Shown here: positions 1-13,723 of the stretch, piece after piece
Layout: the number at the start of each line of letters is the position of its first letter
Position numbering within the stretch: position 1 is the stretch's first letter
DNA from: Pecten maximus
Taxonomy: Eukaryota
Length of the DNA: 64,000 nt
Direction of reading: 5' to 3'
Assembly: GCF_902652985.1 (NCBI RefSeq)
Contig: NC_047025.1
Coordinates: 12,400,001-12,464,000 of the forward strand
Made by a program: the position numbers and the translations under genes
The notes under the pieces: model-generated
What the model was told of the DNA's origin: nothing
The model's database searches: none
Seen by the model: only the letters and a program-made list of their open reading frames with translations

Positions 1-453
1 TGGATTGGTATAGCACGTAATAATCGTGATTACTTATTATGTCATAACGGTTTTGGTGATGACTACCACTATTTATTTCAATGTAATAATGCTTTACTGA
101 CAGAGTTAAGGCACAAATACATTCCCAATTATTACTATAAAATTCTAAGTTTAACTAAAATGGGAGGCATGTTTGAACTTTTTAGCGAATCATTATTATC
201 TAGAGTGAGTAATTTCCTCAAAAATGTAGAAAAACTTTGTATTTCTTTTTATTGCTTATAAATACTTTAGTACAATGTTTATACATTCTCGTATTTTCAC
301 GTTATTACCCTGTAAACTAAGTACATTGTTTTGTCATATTGACCTCTTTTTACAAACTTTGTGTGTCCTGAGTGAATAAAACATCTTGAATCTTGAATCT
401 TAACTTTTATGATGAAAACAGTTTATTACATTAAATACAAATTGTTTATTTAG

Positions 454-3400
454 GGCGAGATCGACTGGAAATCTTCGCCTGCCCCGCCCCCATTCACGGC
501 CCCGCCCCTCCCTCCACGGAACGACACCAGCCGGATGATGTATGTTTGGGTGTCAGACTTCATGTTAAACAGTATGCTCTATCAAGGCCAGCTGCACAAA
601 TTCTTTGCATATAACCTCACAGCACAGGACGTGAGTTTTTTACCCAGAAAAACCGTTTATAATGAAAATGCTAAAAAAAGATGAACGATCCCAACCTTCT
701 CTTAGTATTGTCATTATAAAAGATCAATATAGTCAAAGAGATATGTGTTAAAGGGATATATATTTTGTTCCGTGTATCACAGAACATAACTCCATCTAAT
801 AGGATACATTATTTGTTTGTGTATAATGAAAGAATGACGATTTAGAAATATATATTTTCTCTTGATTTGTTTTTCTTTTTTTTTCACTATTTTCTATCCC
901 TTAGGGATTTGCTTCAAAAAGAATATTGAAGAGTATAGTGAAAACAGATGGTAATACAGGGAGTAACATTCCAATAGGCAGTCTTCAAAACACTTTTACA
1001 GTCATACAGCTTTTATAGTATTTATTCTTCAACGTGGATATAACCAAAACGAATTAGCTGTGTATTACTTATGCGATTATAAAACATAAGTAGTGTTGAT
1101 ATGTTTCTATTGTGTTTCATCATCTAATTATATTTGCAGCTTCCTCTTGCCAACCGTTCGGCTTTAAATACGACGTGTCACACACTCTTGTGTATTGGCA
1201 ACCTAATACCACAGGTTCGTGTTCAATTGTTATTCCAATATCATGAACGTGTTAAAGATATAATGAAAATATGTGTTTAACAAAGTTGAAATTGCATGGT
1301 GACATATATTCTATATATATATAATTTATATGCCGGCCCTGGCAAGTTCATATTGCCGAATCTCAGTTGAAAGGGGATTGGATGACTTTATCTTTGAAAG
1401 CTAAAGATTATCTATTACACAGACAGACATATTGGCTGACGGACGGATAAAGAAGAAAACTATAACCTTTTACCAGGAAGGGATTGAAGTCATCTCTACT
1501 GTCATCCTTATTCATTTAACATTACTGGTTTACATTGAATTATATTATATGCATCACGACACAGAATTTCATTTATTGTACAGTTGCAGAAGAGTTATCC
1601 GAACTGCCAGGTTGATCTTCACATGCGCAGTGCGTCTGTTCCAAGTGTTGCTGCTACTCCAACGGATGTTCTTGGTAGCGCCAGCGGTATCATTGACTTT
1701 TATGCGCGTCCTGTGACGGGAAACAACCGTGGAAATAGATTATTTAGATACTCTATCAGAAATACACCAGCCTACCTCTTCACGCTCAATGTAGTAAGTA
1801 CTCATATCTTAAGCCAATTAAACCAAACTGGAATGTTTGAACGCGTTGTCTATGCCTTTTACTTCTGTGTTTGTTTGTTGGATGAACAGCCAAGGTCTTT
1901 TGAGATAGGTTCAATTGTAGTAGTTTGTGATTACCTCATTGAACAACATTTGGGAGGCCCGTCGCATGCCATCAAGTGTAATAAGGGTGAAATGTCATGC
2001 TCTTTAACACAGACCAGTCAAGTTTACAGCTTTCTGAGAAACACAAACCCCCGCGGGTAGGGAGTTTGGAACCACGCACCTCGAACTTTCACATGAGATT
2101 ACGTGGACGGCTCTCCAACCGATTGAGCTCTCGCGGCTAAAAATCAATTGTTGCAAAAGTCACATGTGTCACATCTTTTAATATACATCAGAATATCTTA
2201 AAGGTATTCATAGTTAACTTTTTCTATTGTTATTCCAATCTTGTTGACTATGATAGTATGATATAATTTACTTTGGTCCAAAGTTTTCGCTTTTTTTTCT
2301 TTTTTTTTTTTTTTTTTTGTCGAACTTTATATTGCACATACATGTATAATAATCATCCTAGTCTAGTGTCCTAGCATAGGGAAAAGGGCCGATAGTAAGT
2401 TGATTGACATGATATGTTTCCTCTAAGAGGCACTTGATTAAGCGGAAGTGATGTCTTCAAAATGTGTTTTTATCTCTAGACCATGAGTACCGCTGCAGAT
2501 GTTCAAGTGAAGAACGAAACAATTTACGGGAAGTTACGGGACGTGAAGTGAGTATTTTGAACTTCAACCCGTTGAAAACATTGAATGCGGAAATTTGTTT
2601 TGATATACAAAATCTTAATATTAGGGAGCCGTAAGCATAAAGTATTGTACAACCAGAATATGGTGTCATTTCAGTTTGATATCTCTATAATCCAGTTGAA
2701 TATTTCACTTACTTTAACCAAGTACTAAAACGGTTAAAACCGATCCAATTGAACTTATTATATTGATGAAAACCTCCTCATGTTGTGTATGTCTAAATTA
2801 TAGCTAATTTGAAATTAAAGTTTTACCTGCATTATTCTTGCATGGTCATGCGAGTTATTTCTGTTCTCTGAAATCGCCATGAAGACTTGATTGGTCCGCC
2901 CTAGATGCTATTTGCCAATCAAGCAGATATATAATTAAATAAATATGGGAAAACGGAATTATCACAACATGTAGGAAATCAATAGATTATTCCAATAATT
3001 ATAATAAATTACTTAATAAGGCATTTGTTACATTTCAGATTCGGTGTGAAAGTGGTGAAAACAACAATTAAAGACATCAATGTAAGATAAAAGTAATAAC
3101 TCATCCTTTGTTTTATGTTAGACTTGTGTTTTTAGAACACAAACATGGTGATGATATTTGACCAACATAAGGAGTTTACTAATCAGCTGAGTTACATACG
3201 TCTAATTAAGGATTGAATAATGTTATGTTGAGGTGTATGGGGGTATAAACCTCAATAGGTCTTGAGACAAATTTTATGAACTGCGAATTTTATGAATTGT
3301 CTCAAGACCTATTGAGGTTTATACCCCCATACACCTCAACATAACTTTATTCAATCCTTATATTTATATTTTTTTGATATTTTGTACAATATTTTGTCTT

Positions 3401-5460
3401 TGACAAATAGGGACTTGTGCTAGTATACCACAGAACTTACCGAAATGTACGTCATCACTCTTCGTCTACATATGGTTAATACTTTCAGGATTTCTTTCGC
3501 GAACAAACTTAATAGCGAATCAAAACAAATATTAGTTTTAAAGGAATTTATTTCATATAAATATGATCACTTTTGAAAAGGAATTAAAAAAATATAGTCC
3601 AAGCTCGACAAATGTATTCCTACGCCGGACTTGATATAGTTCATTGAAAAATGACTCGAGTTAACTGTGGTAGGTTCATTGAGTCTGAATTGAGTGGAAA
3701 TATAAATATTAATAATTGAATTGTAAGCACTGACGGAATAGTGTGAATCTTGAAAAATAGACTTCGACAGATGTTCGTTTCGCATTGTTATTAGTGTGGA
3801 TGCCATGTACTAATATTAGCTGACATTTAATATAAATTTGCCCCCAGTACAGAAAATAAAAATGACGTAGTGAAAACTATGGCGGTATACATTACGATTA
3901 TTCTTCAATGTCCTTATATTTTATTTTACTCAAGTACCTTAGGTTTAAAGTTAGTATCATTTCATAACTATTTGAATAGGTAACAGTAAAGTCATTTTAC
4001 ATCCATCAGAAATTAAGTTAAATTAGACCGAATACTTGCATTTTGTTTTATATTTATTTATTGATAATCATTTATTGTGGTTTCTCAGAATGGAACGAAA
4101 GTTTTGAACAACCGGACCCATTTTTATGTAAATAGAAACATCCATAACTTATGATATAATGATCTGAGATCAATTATGTATTTGATCATTGATAGAAGCT
4201 ATTTTTGTGCTGTGATTATTTTCCCCAGGACAAAGCCTTACAATTTATCATCGACATTGCCCTGAACACGGTTGTCATACCAAAGATCAATTGTAAGTAC
4301 ATAATTGAATATGTTTCTTAAAACTATTAGATTTTATTGAGTTGCTATTTTTCTAATTTACTTTTACAATTTCTAAAACGTGTAATGCATTTTTTCGGTT
4401 ATAATAAACTCTCTTTACACTGTTATGTTAGTGTGGTACGAATGTAGTATATATGTGACACTCGTTTGATTCACGTTATCAATAAGTACGTTTGATTCAC
4501 GTTATAAATGAGTACGTTTGATTCACGTTATCAATAAGTACGTTTGATTCACGTTATAAATGAGTACGTTTGATTCACGTTATCAATAAGTACGTTTGAT
4601 TCACGTTATCAATAATTACGTTTGATTCACGTTATCAATAAGTACGTTTGATTCACGTTATCAATAAGTACGTTTGATTCACGTTATCAATAATTACGTT
4701 TGATTCACGTTATCAATAAGTACCTTTGATTCACGTTATCAATAAGTACCTTTGATTCACGTTATCAATAAGTATGTGCACGTTAAAAGCAAATATATAT
4801 AATCATACTTGTTTTTCTATTAATCTGATGTCTACATTGGGATCGAAAGACATTTCAAATCCATAGCCAATAGATTATATTATGTTTATATATATTATGT
4901 ATATAGAGTACATATACATTGGTCTTGGCTGGATGGCTTCTGCCAAGTCTTTGTTGACGTTAAAAAATATAGAAGCAAGTTATCGACAAACGTCAAGGAA
5001 CGTCACATGTATATATTTTTTTTAAATTCTGTTCTGTAAATCACAGCTATTGGGGCGAAGGGACTTGCCTTGCCAACAATTGAAAATGTCCACTTCGTCA
5101 ACCCCAGTCTGTCACTGATGCAGGTATGTTGTAAGACCTTTGTTCGATAAATCAAAGAATTCAGTTTGGTATATCAAATAAAGAAGCATAGCTTCAAAAC
5201 ATATTTACTAGTAATTTGTTTAATTGACTTTACAAACACTGAGTGTGTTATCCTGAGTTGCAAGATCTCAAATTTCACAAAATTTAATCTTTGCTAAATA
5301 TACCAGCAAGCACAGACAAAGATGCGCCGCCATTTCCATACATAAGATTCAATGGAATAATTCCGTTTTATAAGTCTGATGCTTTTCTCGTTTGACTTAA
5401 CTATATTTGTATCAACAGAGAACTGTGCTCATATCCACGGACCTCCATTACGCCCCCTGA
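454..5460 (+). CDS. LBP/BPI-family lipid-binding protein, C-terminal half (5' exons lie upstream of the window)
   Basis: Eight phase-compatible GT-AG exons: 454-630, 1140-1214, 1584-1793, 2480-2547, 3039-3081, 4229-4292, 5047-5123, 5419-5460 (TGA). Translation GEIDWKSSPAPPPFTAPPLPPRNDTSRMMYVWVSDFMLNSMLY...LNTTC...CIGNLIPQLQKSYPN...VVIPKINSIGAKGLALP...LISTDLHYAP* follows the BPI/LBP C-terminal domain pattern. Confidence 0.9.
1870..2140 (-). mobile_element. Probable degenerate tRNA-derived SINE in BPI intron
   Basis: Minus strand has an A-box-like AGCTCAATCGGTTGGAG and a degenerate B-box-like GGTTCCAAACTCCC at about 2060-2135; no intact cloverleaf. Confidence 0.4.
3207..3360. repeat. ~155-bp palindromic (fold-back) element
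   Basis: TAAGGATTGAATAA...GGTCTTGAGACAA and its reverse complement TTGTCTCAAGACC...TTATTCAATCCTTA form near-perfect arms of about 65 bp. Confidence 0.85.
4463..4773. repeat. 26-bp minisatellite, about 12 copies
   Basis: Unit GTACGTTTGATTCACGTTATCAATAA repeated head-to-tail in a BPI intron. Confidence 0.95.
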
Positions 5461-5816
5461 CATCAAACATCATGACTACTTGTAAGGGGAGGCTACTTGT
5501 GAAGAAAAGTAATAGAAGTTATTTCCGAAAACAATTTGTCCAGCCAGGTCTGGAATATCAATAATGTCTCATCATGTCTCTATATTCCTGAATTCATATT
5601 AATGCAAATTAAGAATAATGTATGTTTTCCTTTCTACATTTTTTAATTTCTTCATTGACAAGTAATATGAATATACAGGGTTTCTTTTATTTCCATTATA
5701 TTTTCTTTCTCGTTTAAGTTTGATTAATATTTTATCATTTCTATTAAGTCAAGTTAAATATGAAGGATATGAGAGATCATCTCAACAGATACGTTCCACG
5801 TCAGCTCTGTTCCACG

Positions 5817-8800
5817 TCAATCGGTAACGGTTATGTTCAACTTGAAACACAGAAATTCTTCTTCGTCTTGATTTTTGATTTTTCCGTGAACCTTGAAAGA
5901 ACCCTGGCAATTAGAACAATGCTAATGTTTATAGAATATTTAAGGATTAACTGAAAGTTTTATATTTTGGAGATATTACACAAAAAATGGAGTGGACTCT
6001 AAATAAACCTCGAAGATGAGAACACGCTCCGAGTTTTTGCAGTATAGCTCCATAACATAAAAAGTATATGCAAGTCAATCCTTATGATTTAATTTACCAT
6101 AGACAATACATGTGAAAATCTACTTTTATTTGTGTATTCTTTTCTCTTAGGAATGATTACGCGATTAAGAGTGACATAACTAACGGTGACGTCATTTTTT
6201 ACTTTATGGTCTGATAACATCAGCCAATGGAAATCCTTGTTACAATCACGATTGAATTATATACTTGTTAATACCTTAAATTGAAATGTATCTTGTATAT
6301 TTTGGAGTTTTCCAGAATACACAAAACAGTATTTATGTATGTATGTTTTATATTACAATACCATTGACTATTGGCTTGGCTTTCTTTGATTACGATTTCA
6401 CTTTAGTTATTATTTTACTGTCATTGTTGTAATACTCGATTCCATGATAATTTGTTTTATGAATGTTGTATGAAATTGAATTCAATTTTGTTTTCTAAAT
6501 AAACAATAAATAAAACATGAGCATGAGATGTCCATATTTGTTTGTTTGAAAGCTTATGATATTTATTCAGATATTTATCTCGCTCCTAATCTTAAAATTC
6601 AACAAAGACAATGGAAATAACTTTTAAAAATATATATGTTTGAGCTGGTAATGGATTTTGCCTAAATAACTTACCATCGGAAGTTGTCCAGCACCGCCAG
6701 TGTATGGGACATAATATTTGACTGAAAGAATAATGATACAAATGTATTTCATACTAATTTATTGCTACACTGATATCATTTTTATACACAATCATGCATT
6801 ACGTTTCGTTCTTCAGCCAATATTTCCTCAGTTGTCCAGCATTCATTATACGTTGTGTCATTCAATCGGAAATGTCATTAAAGTGAAGAAAATATTGATT
6901 TAAGAGAACATTAATATTGATATTAATTTTAGTCTATGGCTGTTAATTGTTTAGATCGTTTTTCATATATTGATTGAAATCAATAAAATGTGATATCTTA
7001 AAGTCAAATCTAGTCTTTAGTCTTCGGTGTATTTGACTATAATAGCTTGCTTCAGTCTAGCTTGTTAAGTCATGAACTAGTGTTTGGGTTACCTACCTGA
7101 CTTTTTAATAGGACACGTAATATTCACCTTCTTCACTAACTTCTCACAAGTAAAAGGGTAGTTAAATTCAAAGATACGATGCTTGACATCTGCCATGTAA
7201 ACGTCACCAAGTAAAACTCCAGCAGAAACATCGACAGCTGCAAATATGAACATCTGTTTCACATGTCTCTAACTATAATAACGCTGATAACTGATAATCG
7301 ATCACTTTATATTAAAACACTGAAACGCATGAAGCAAGAAAATGTCTGATACGTCAATAAAAACACTTATTCGCAACAATGAGTCCCGTACAGAACAATG
7401 CAAGGGTGATATCTGTCCATTCAACCTTGACCAATAACCATGATCGAGTGTAGAACTTGATGCAATGATGTCATGGTCTGGTGCAAAATCTGTTGAAAGG
7501 TTACAAAGATACGTCAATGATTCAGAATGATACGGGAAGAACGGACTTGGGTAACCCCCCCCCCCCCCCCCCCCCCAAAAAAAAAGTACTGTGGGGAATA
7601 AACATTCACCGCTTAATCCTACTAGTCACGTGTTACAATATAAAACTGGCCATTACCCTGTCGAAGTGGATGCAGATAATACGCGTTATTAGTAATGTTC
7701 AAGTGTCGTTTGTCATTTTCTACAAATAAAAACTATATAAAATCATCTTACTCTTACGGAACACGTTATTATAATTGCACAAACATATGTTGGAACTCAA
7801 TCCTCTTCCCAAAGTAGAAAATAATAGAAGAGAAGTCCGAAGAATATGCTCAAACTCTTATCGTATGCTTAAAAAAGATGTTATCCCGAAAAGGCATAGT
7901 ATCAAAATGAAACATGATTGATTATTCATGGAGGACACTCAGAACCACCTACTCTTTTCGTGAAGTAGGCTGTCTCGTAAATACAAAAAGTTGTTTCACC
8001 TATAAACGTACAACATAATTTTACTTAACATGTTTACCTTATTCTGTAGTGAAATTTTGTTATTTTTATACTGAAGCTACGTGAAATACTACTATTTCCA
8101 TACTGAAGTTAAGTGAAATACTACTGTTTACATACTGAAGCTACATGAAATACCACTGTTTGCATACTGAAGCTACGTGAAATACTACTGTTTATTCTGA
8201 AGCTACGTGAAATACTACTGTTTTCATACAGAAGCTACATGAAATACTACTGGTTTTTTCTGAAGCTACATGAAATACTACTGGGTTTTTTTCTGAAGCT
8301 ACATGAAATACTACTGTTTCCATACTGAAGATTAGTGAAATACTACTGTTTTCATACTGAATCTACGTGAAATACTACCGTTTTTACACTGAAGCTTCGT
8401 AAAATACTACTGTTATCATACTGTAGCTACGTGAACAACTACAATTTTCATACCGAAACTACGTGAAATGCCACTGTTTTTATTCTAAAGCTACATCAAA
8501 TAATACTGTTTTCATACTGCAGCTACGTGACATGCTACTGTTTTCATACTGAAGCTACCTGAAATGCTGTTATTATCATATAGAAGCTATGTGAAATACT
8601 ATCGTTATCATACTGAAGCTATGTGAAATACAACTGCTATCGTACTGACGTTATACTGAAATACTACTTTTGACATACTCAAGCTACGTGAAATACTACT
8701 GTTTTCATACTGAAGCTACGTGAAATACTACTGTTTTCATACTGAAGCTACGTGAAATACTTTTGTTTTTCTTCTTAACCTACGTGAAAAACTACTGTTT

Positions 8801-9482
8801 TCATACTGAAACTAGGTGGAATTCCTAAAAATGGACTGAAATACCCCACTCGTATGGTTCACCAGGAATATTCTGTGGGGAAAGTAATTTTCAATTATTA
8901 AGATTCGTGTTCGAATTTGTTTAATACGTACGTGCAGTGATGTTGACGGCGAAGGCGATATCCTGTTGTCTACCGGGGCTTTTCGGATACCAGCTGAGGG
9001 AGGCTGTGACGTTAGGGGGACCTGTCAATCAAGTATAAGATAAAGAGCCTACTATATTTCTGTATTTTGTGTTCATTTGTAGGCGTTAATTCTTAGCAAA
9101 CAAGCAACTATTCCGGTGTTTTTTTTTAGTATGTGTGTTTATTTTTTAACTGTAACTGTTTAGATATCAAAGTTGCATTGCATGATCTTGGAGTGTCTAA
9201 AGAGACATTGATACTATTAATTATTCTAAAGCATGAATCGATAAAACCTTTGATAATTCAGAATTGTTATTTTGTTTGTTTGGTTGTTGTTGTTTTTTAT
9301 AGCGATTTATTGTCAGTATTACCACAAATTTCTGCATGTCCAAAGGAGTTTTGACTGTAGCTCTGTTTAGTTATAACGTAACTCTCCAACACGTCCACCT
9401 CCTCCATTCGCTCGACAAACTGAGCAGATGCCCCGACAAATTGGCACGCCAGACATACGATTATCAGGATGAACACTCCCAT
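5817..9482 (-). CDS. Secreted ML-domain (MD-2-related lipid recognition / NPC2-like) protein, 174 aa
   Basis: Coding exons 9482-9323, 9021-8932, 7237-7097, 6721-6675, 5903-5817 total 525 nt with matching phases. Signal peptide MGVFILIIVCLACQFVGASA; ML-like pattern EICG...WYPKSPGRQQDIAFAVNITA...FTCEKL...TCPIKKS...GSFKVHGKIKNQDEEEFLCFKLNITVTD*. Probable 5'UTR exon donor CAG|GTAAGT at 10740. Confidence 0.85.
8045..8815. repeat. 32-bp minisatellite, about 24 diverged copies
   Basis: Unit CATACTGAAGCTACGTGAAATACTACTGTTTT, in an intron of the ML gene. Confidence 0.95.
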
Positions 9483-11089
9483 TTCAGTTTACAAGTCCAC
9501 TGAATAGAGAAACAAAATAACTGAAGTTCACTTGTTAAGTCCACGTATGTGGAAACAATATATTTGAGATTCTCTAGATGTCTCTTGCACTACGCCTGTT
9601 ACAATCGTGATAACTTGGATTGAAATTGGAGATACATTTTCGTTGATAACAAAGATGAGGCAAGGAACAGAGGTAATACCCGGGTTATTTGAACGCTTGC
9701 TTTGAATGGTAGAGTAGAGTATCACCACTTGGCGAAACTCTTCCTTATGGTTACTGCTTGTTTTAAAAGTGTTGTATGAACAACTGACAAGAGTGTATTA
9801 GTTACCTTTTCTCGTGGAATTGATTTTGAACATTGTTAAAAGTGTCGCATTCATAGAAAAATTCAAAAGGAACCCAGCTATAGAAGGTACCGCTTTCATT
9901 TTTTCTTAGTAAAATAAATATAAGTTTCTCTTTGAATCGATATTAGTTCCAAGAAATATAAAAATAGAATAATAAATGAATAAACAAGAATGGTTAAAAA
10001 TGAGGAAACCAATACATATCGACGTAAAATGATATAGGCTTACAATTCATCTTGTAATTAAAATAAAATCATAATTAAAAGGAGGTAATGAATAAACACA
10101 ATCGCATCACAAATATCTTGATAGAATATATCATAAAAATCCTGTAAAATTGAGGGTATATGATTACAGGACATGAAGTAAATTTAAAAAAAAAAAAAAA
10201 AAGTATTTTATTTCAAATATCCATGTTTCTGTTAACCTACTTATAGCAAGGCAGTAAAAATATATTAAATAAAGATTAAAGCATATGTTAATTGTCAGTT
10301 TCGTTAATTAGTAGAACCAAAATATATCTTTACTTTCCATACAGGTCAATTAGGGTGTATATACTTATATATTGCAGTTGACAATAATGTCCCTTGTTCT
10401 GATTGATTAAGAGATCGTCACGTGCAAATTGATCTGTAATATACTTGATGTATATATATATCAGATGGATTCCATAATCCTAGTTAATAAATTTTAGAGG
10501 ATAACGTATGATTATGTAATCAAGGCATTTAATTTGTATTTGAGTTAATGTATTCAAGCAAGACAATAGCCATATCACTTGTAAATACGTACAACAATTG
10601 TTATATAAAAAAGAAGACTTTTGATTGGTTAATATTACCAACCAGCTCTGTATGTACAGCATAGTGACTGAAATAATATGTCATTAATTGATAGATATAA
10701 TTACTAAATTGAACATGAATCTTGAAGCAGATTACTTACCTGACAGGCCGACTGGTACGTCTTGATAACTGCGTTCACTGTTGACACTAACAAAAGACTT
10801 GCTTCCTCATGAAGTTAAATAAGGCCTAACTATTTGGTAACATGATCTGAAACAATGTGGCCAACAATTTACGTAAGAATACGGAATTTCCTAATCAGGA
10901 AGAATATCCGAGATAAAAGTATCGTTAGAGAAAGACTTGTTTTAAACTTTTATAATCGCCCCGCCCAATGAGGAAATAAATGATGATACCGTTCACAGGG
11001 AAATACTTGTGACAGATAGGCGAATATAGTTTCTACTCAACAGTTACCTGTAACATAATTTTTAAGTAAAAGACATTTTCCCGGTGGAC

Positions 11090-12960
11090 ATATATATTCA
11101 GATTGAATATCTCACTATTGAGGTACCTTATAAAAAGGAGTATATATCACAGACATTAGATAAATTGTTCATAATGATATTTCATAATAGCCAAAAGGTA
11201 AATGAAGTTAGGAAACGTGTGGGAAATAACGAACAGTATAAGTTTAATTCAGAGGTATTGGAGAAAGTTCAGCAGGTACGTAGGGCTTTAAACTTAGATA
11301 AAAGAGTATTCAGTTGAACTGCTTGAGGATTAAACCACCAAGTTAACGAGCGCAATAAATTGATTAGAATAGCCACTTCACAGGATTGGTGAGGGGGGGG
11401 GGGGGGGGGGGGTGAACGAATATGTTACTAACCCATTGGCGAGTGACTCTGATGATGGTCGGGAAATCGCTAACTGCAAAACGATTAAAAGGTTGAAAGC
11501 TAGAAGACAAAAGTTCAGATATGGAAGACCGAAATTTTAGACGAATTCAGCCATGATAGTTATACTCGTTCTGGCTTTGATAGTGGGAATACGTTTTGTC
11601 GTGACCAACAGAGCTCAGGGCCATGGAGATGTTTTTGCCTGTGGAGAATTCGGGCATTTCCGGAGAGAGTGTCCCGAAACCCCCAGGAGCGGGAATTGGT
11701 ACCATGTAGGATACTGAAGTAAGACAAGTGGTAAGAGATAAAATAAACTTGTTTCGGGTGATGTTAAGGGATGGAATGATGGCAGCAATAGTCATGACGA
11801 TGACAGTACATTCACTGATGATTATTTTGAATATGAACAAGGCACATAAGCATAGAGCTTTCATTTAGAATGCATTTTTAGATTGAAGATAAGTGAATTA
11901 GTACCGAGGTCTAATACAACTCTAGATCCACTAACAGCTCCATGATTCTTAGAACAGCGTTGGTGTTTATAGAGAAGCAATGTTGGCTCGTCATAACATT
12001 TAGTCAGGTTTTCACCGCATAGATGTGTTTCCTGGTATACTCAGTTGAGTGTTTTGAAGATACCACTTCGGCGAATAGAAAAGGCGCGCAGGGGTATTTG
12101 ACATATTGTAGTTTGGTTGTAATGATAGGGCAGAATACATGAAAGCGTTTTGTTTGACAGATAATTTCAAATGGCATTGTGTTAGATAACATTACACAGG
12201 TAATGACCAAATGTATATCTATGTGTATGGTACAAGCTCATTCTTGTCTTGAACGATTTATTTTAGATAAAGAATAACTTTGTCAAATGCAGTTCTGATC
12301 GAAACATCTTGACCGTATCGATGTCAAAGAAATCTGTTAAATCCCTCAGTGCATTAGAATAGTCTTCTCAGACACGAGTCGAACTGGGTTCAGTTGCTAA
12401 AGTAATGACTCACCAGAAGTTGTATCACACGTGTCATGGTCTACGTATGAGGCTGAATTCAATATCTAGAGTAATGATGGTAGTTGTAGATTTTTTTTTT
12501 AAATCGTTAGTGCATCTGATGAGAGGCTTTAGAGTTAAATGGTTTTCAGATAACGACACTGTGGTAATGATAGCAAAACAAGGTTGCATAAAGTCTTTTT
12601 AAAGGATATAGCGTTGGATATGTGTCGGTTAATGGTGCAAAATCATCATATCTCATTAGAAATATAATGGGTCCCAAAGGAGGAAAATGAGAGAGCTGTT
12701 TTAATAGGTAAACGTGTGGATTTTGACGACTAGTTTATGGTTGAGTGTGATTTTTTTAAGTAGCTTGATCCGTGGGGTCTATATAACATCGACTGGTTCG
12801 CATTGTGGTAAGAGTACTGTATAGCCATTTTATTCCATGTACCAGAATCTAAGTCCTCAAGGCATTGACACTTTTCGGCAGATTGGGCCGGGAAATGGAT
12901 GGTATAATCCGCATGTATACTTGATTTCTAACGTCATTATAGAACTTATTCAACGGTTAT
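11090..12960 (+). mobile_element. Degraded Ngaro/DIRS-type (tyrosine-recombinase) retrotransposon relic
   Basis: Broken frames give gag-like ERNKLIRIA...EYVTNPLASDSDDGREI (about 11350-11470) and RNase H / downstream motifs IVFSDTSRTG, VKWFSDN, WVPKEENERA, DFDD*, WGLYNIDWFA, GIDTF...WYNPHVYLI (about 12360-12930), with many stops and frameshifts. Confidence 0.75.
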
Positions 12961-13723
12961 ATAATGGGTTATCGGTTTTGTGGTTATTTCTATTACCCAT
13001 GTTATGGGCTTCTAAGCTCATGAGGGTTGCCGGAAGCTTTGATCATTTCGGCCATTAAAACACTATCTTTTGTTTTTATTTTTCATGATTTCATTGGTTT
13101 GTAAATGTGTTTGGATATTCATCATCCTGGGTCAATGCCAGTATACCAGACAGATTATTTAAACGGTATCGGCGTTGGATGTTGGAAACCGCAAAGAAAG
13201 GATCTATTGAAGACAATATCCATGAGAGTTTGAACGTTGTATCCACCAGCCGTGTCTACCAAGGATTGTACAAAAGACTATAAACACATTTGAAGAAACG
13301 CCCCCCCATTCCTCATTTTCTGTGTGTATTTCTGTCTATACAATTAGGTGCCGTAGGTCGTGAGTTCAAGGTCAGGTTAGGGCACGGGTATTTATAAGAA
13401 CAATGTAGCTTACTCACTGTGTGATGTTGATCCGAAGGTTAAGGTTTTAATCTATATATGAACATTCACGGTATAGCGATTATGCAATGCAACTGAAATA
13501 AGATATGCCTGGCGGTGCCTCCATTTTTTAAAGATCGGGAAACTTGTTCATTAATTGAGAAACAGTAGATAATCAGGAACTAAATAATATCTATACAAAT
13601 ATTAAGTATAACTATAAAGTTTATCCAACATTAATTCCGGGTGAAAATAAACAACCAACAATTATCCTTTTTAAATGATTAAAGTATCCTTTTATTGGAT
13701 TTAAAACAAATTGATTACACCAG

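Noticed and set aside
4463-8815. Regular 26-bp and 32-bp repeats resembling CRISPR arrays
   Set aside because: Units are head-to-tail with no unique spacers, lie in eukaryotic introns and have no cas genes nearby.
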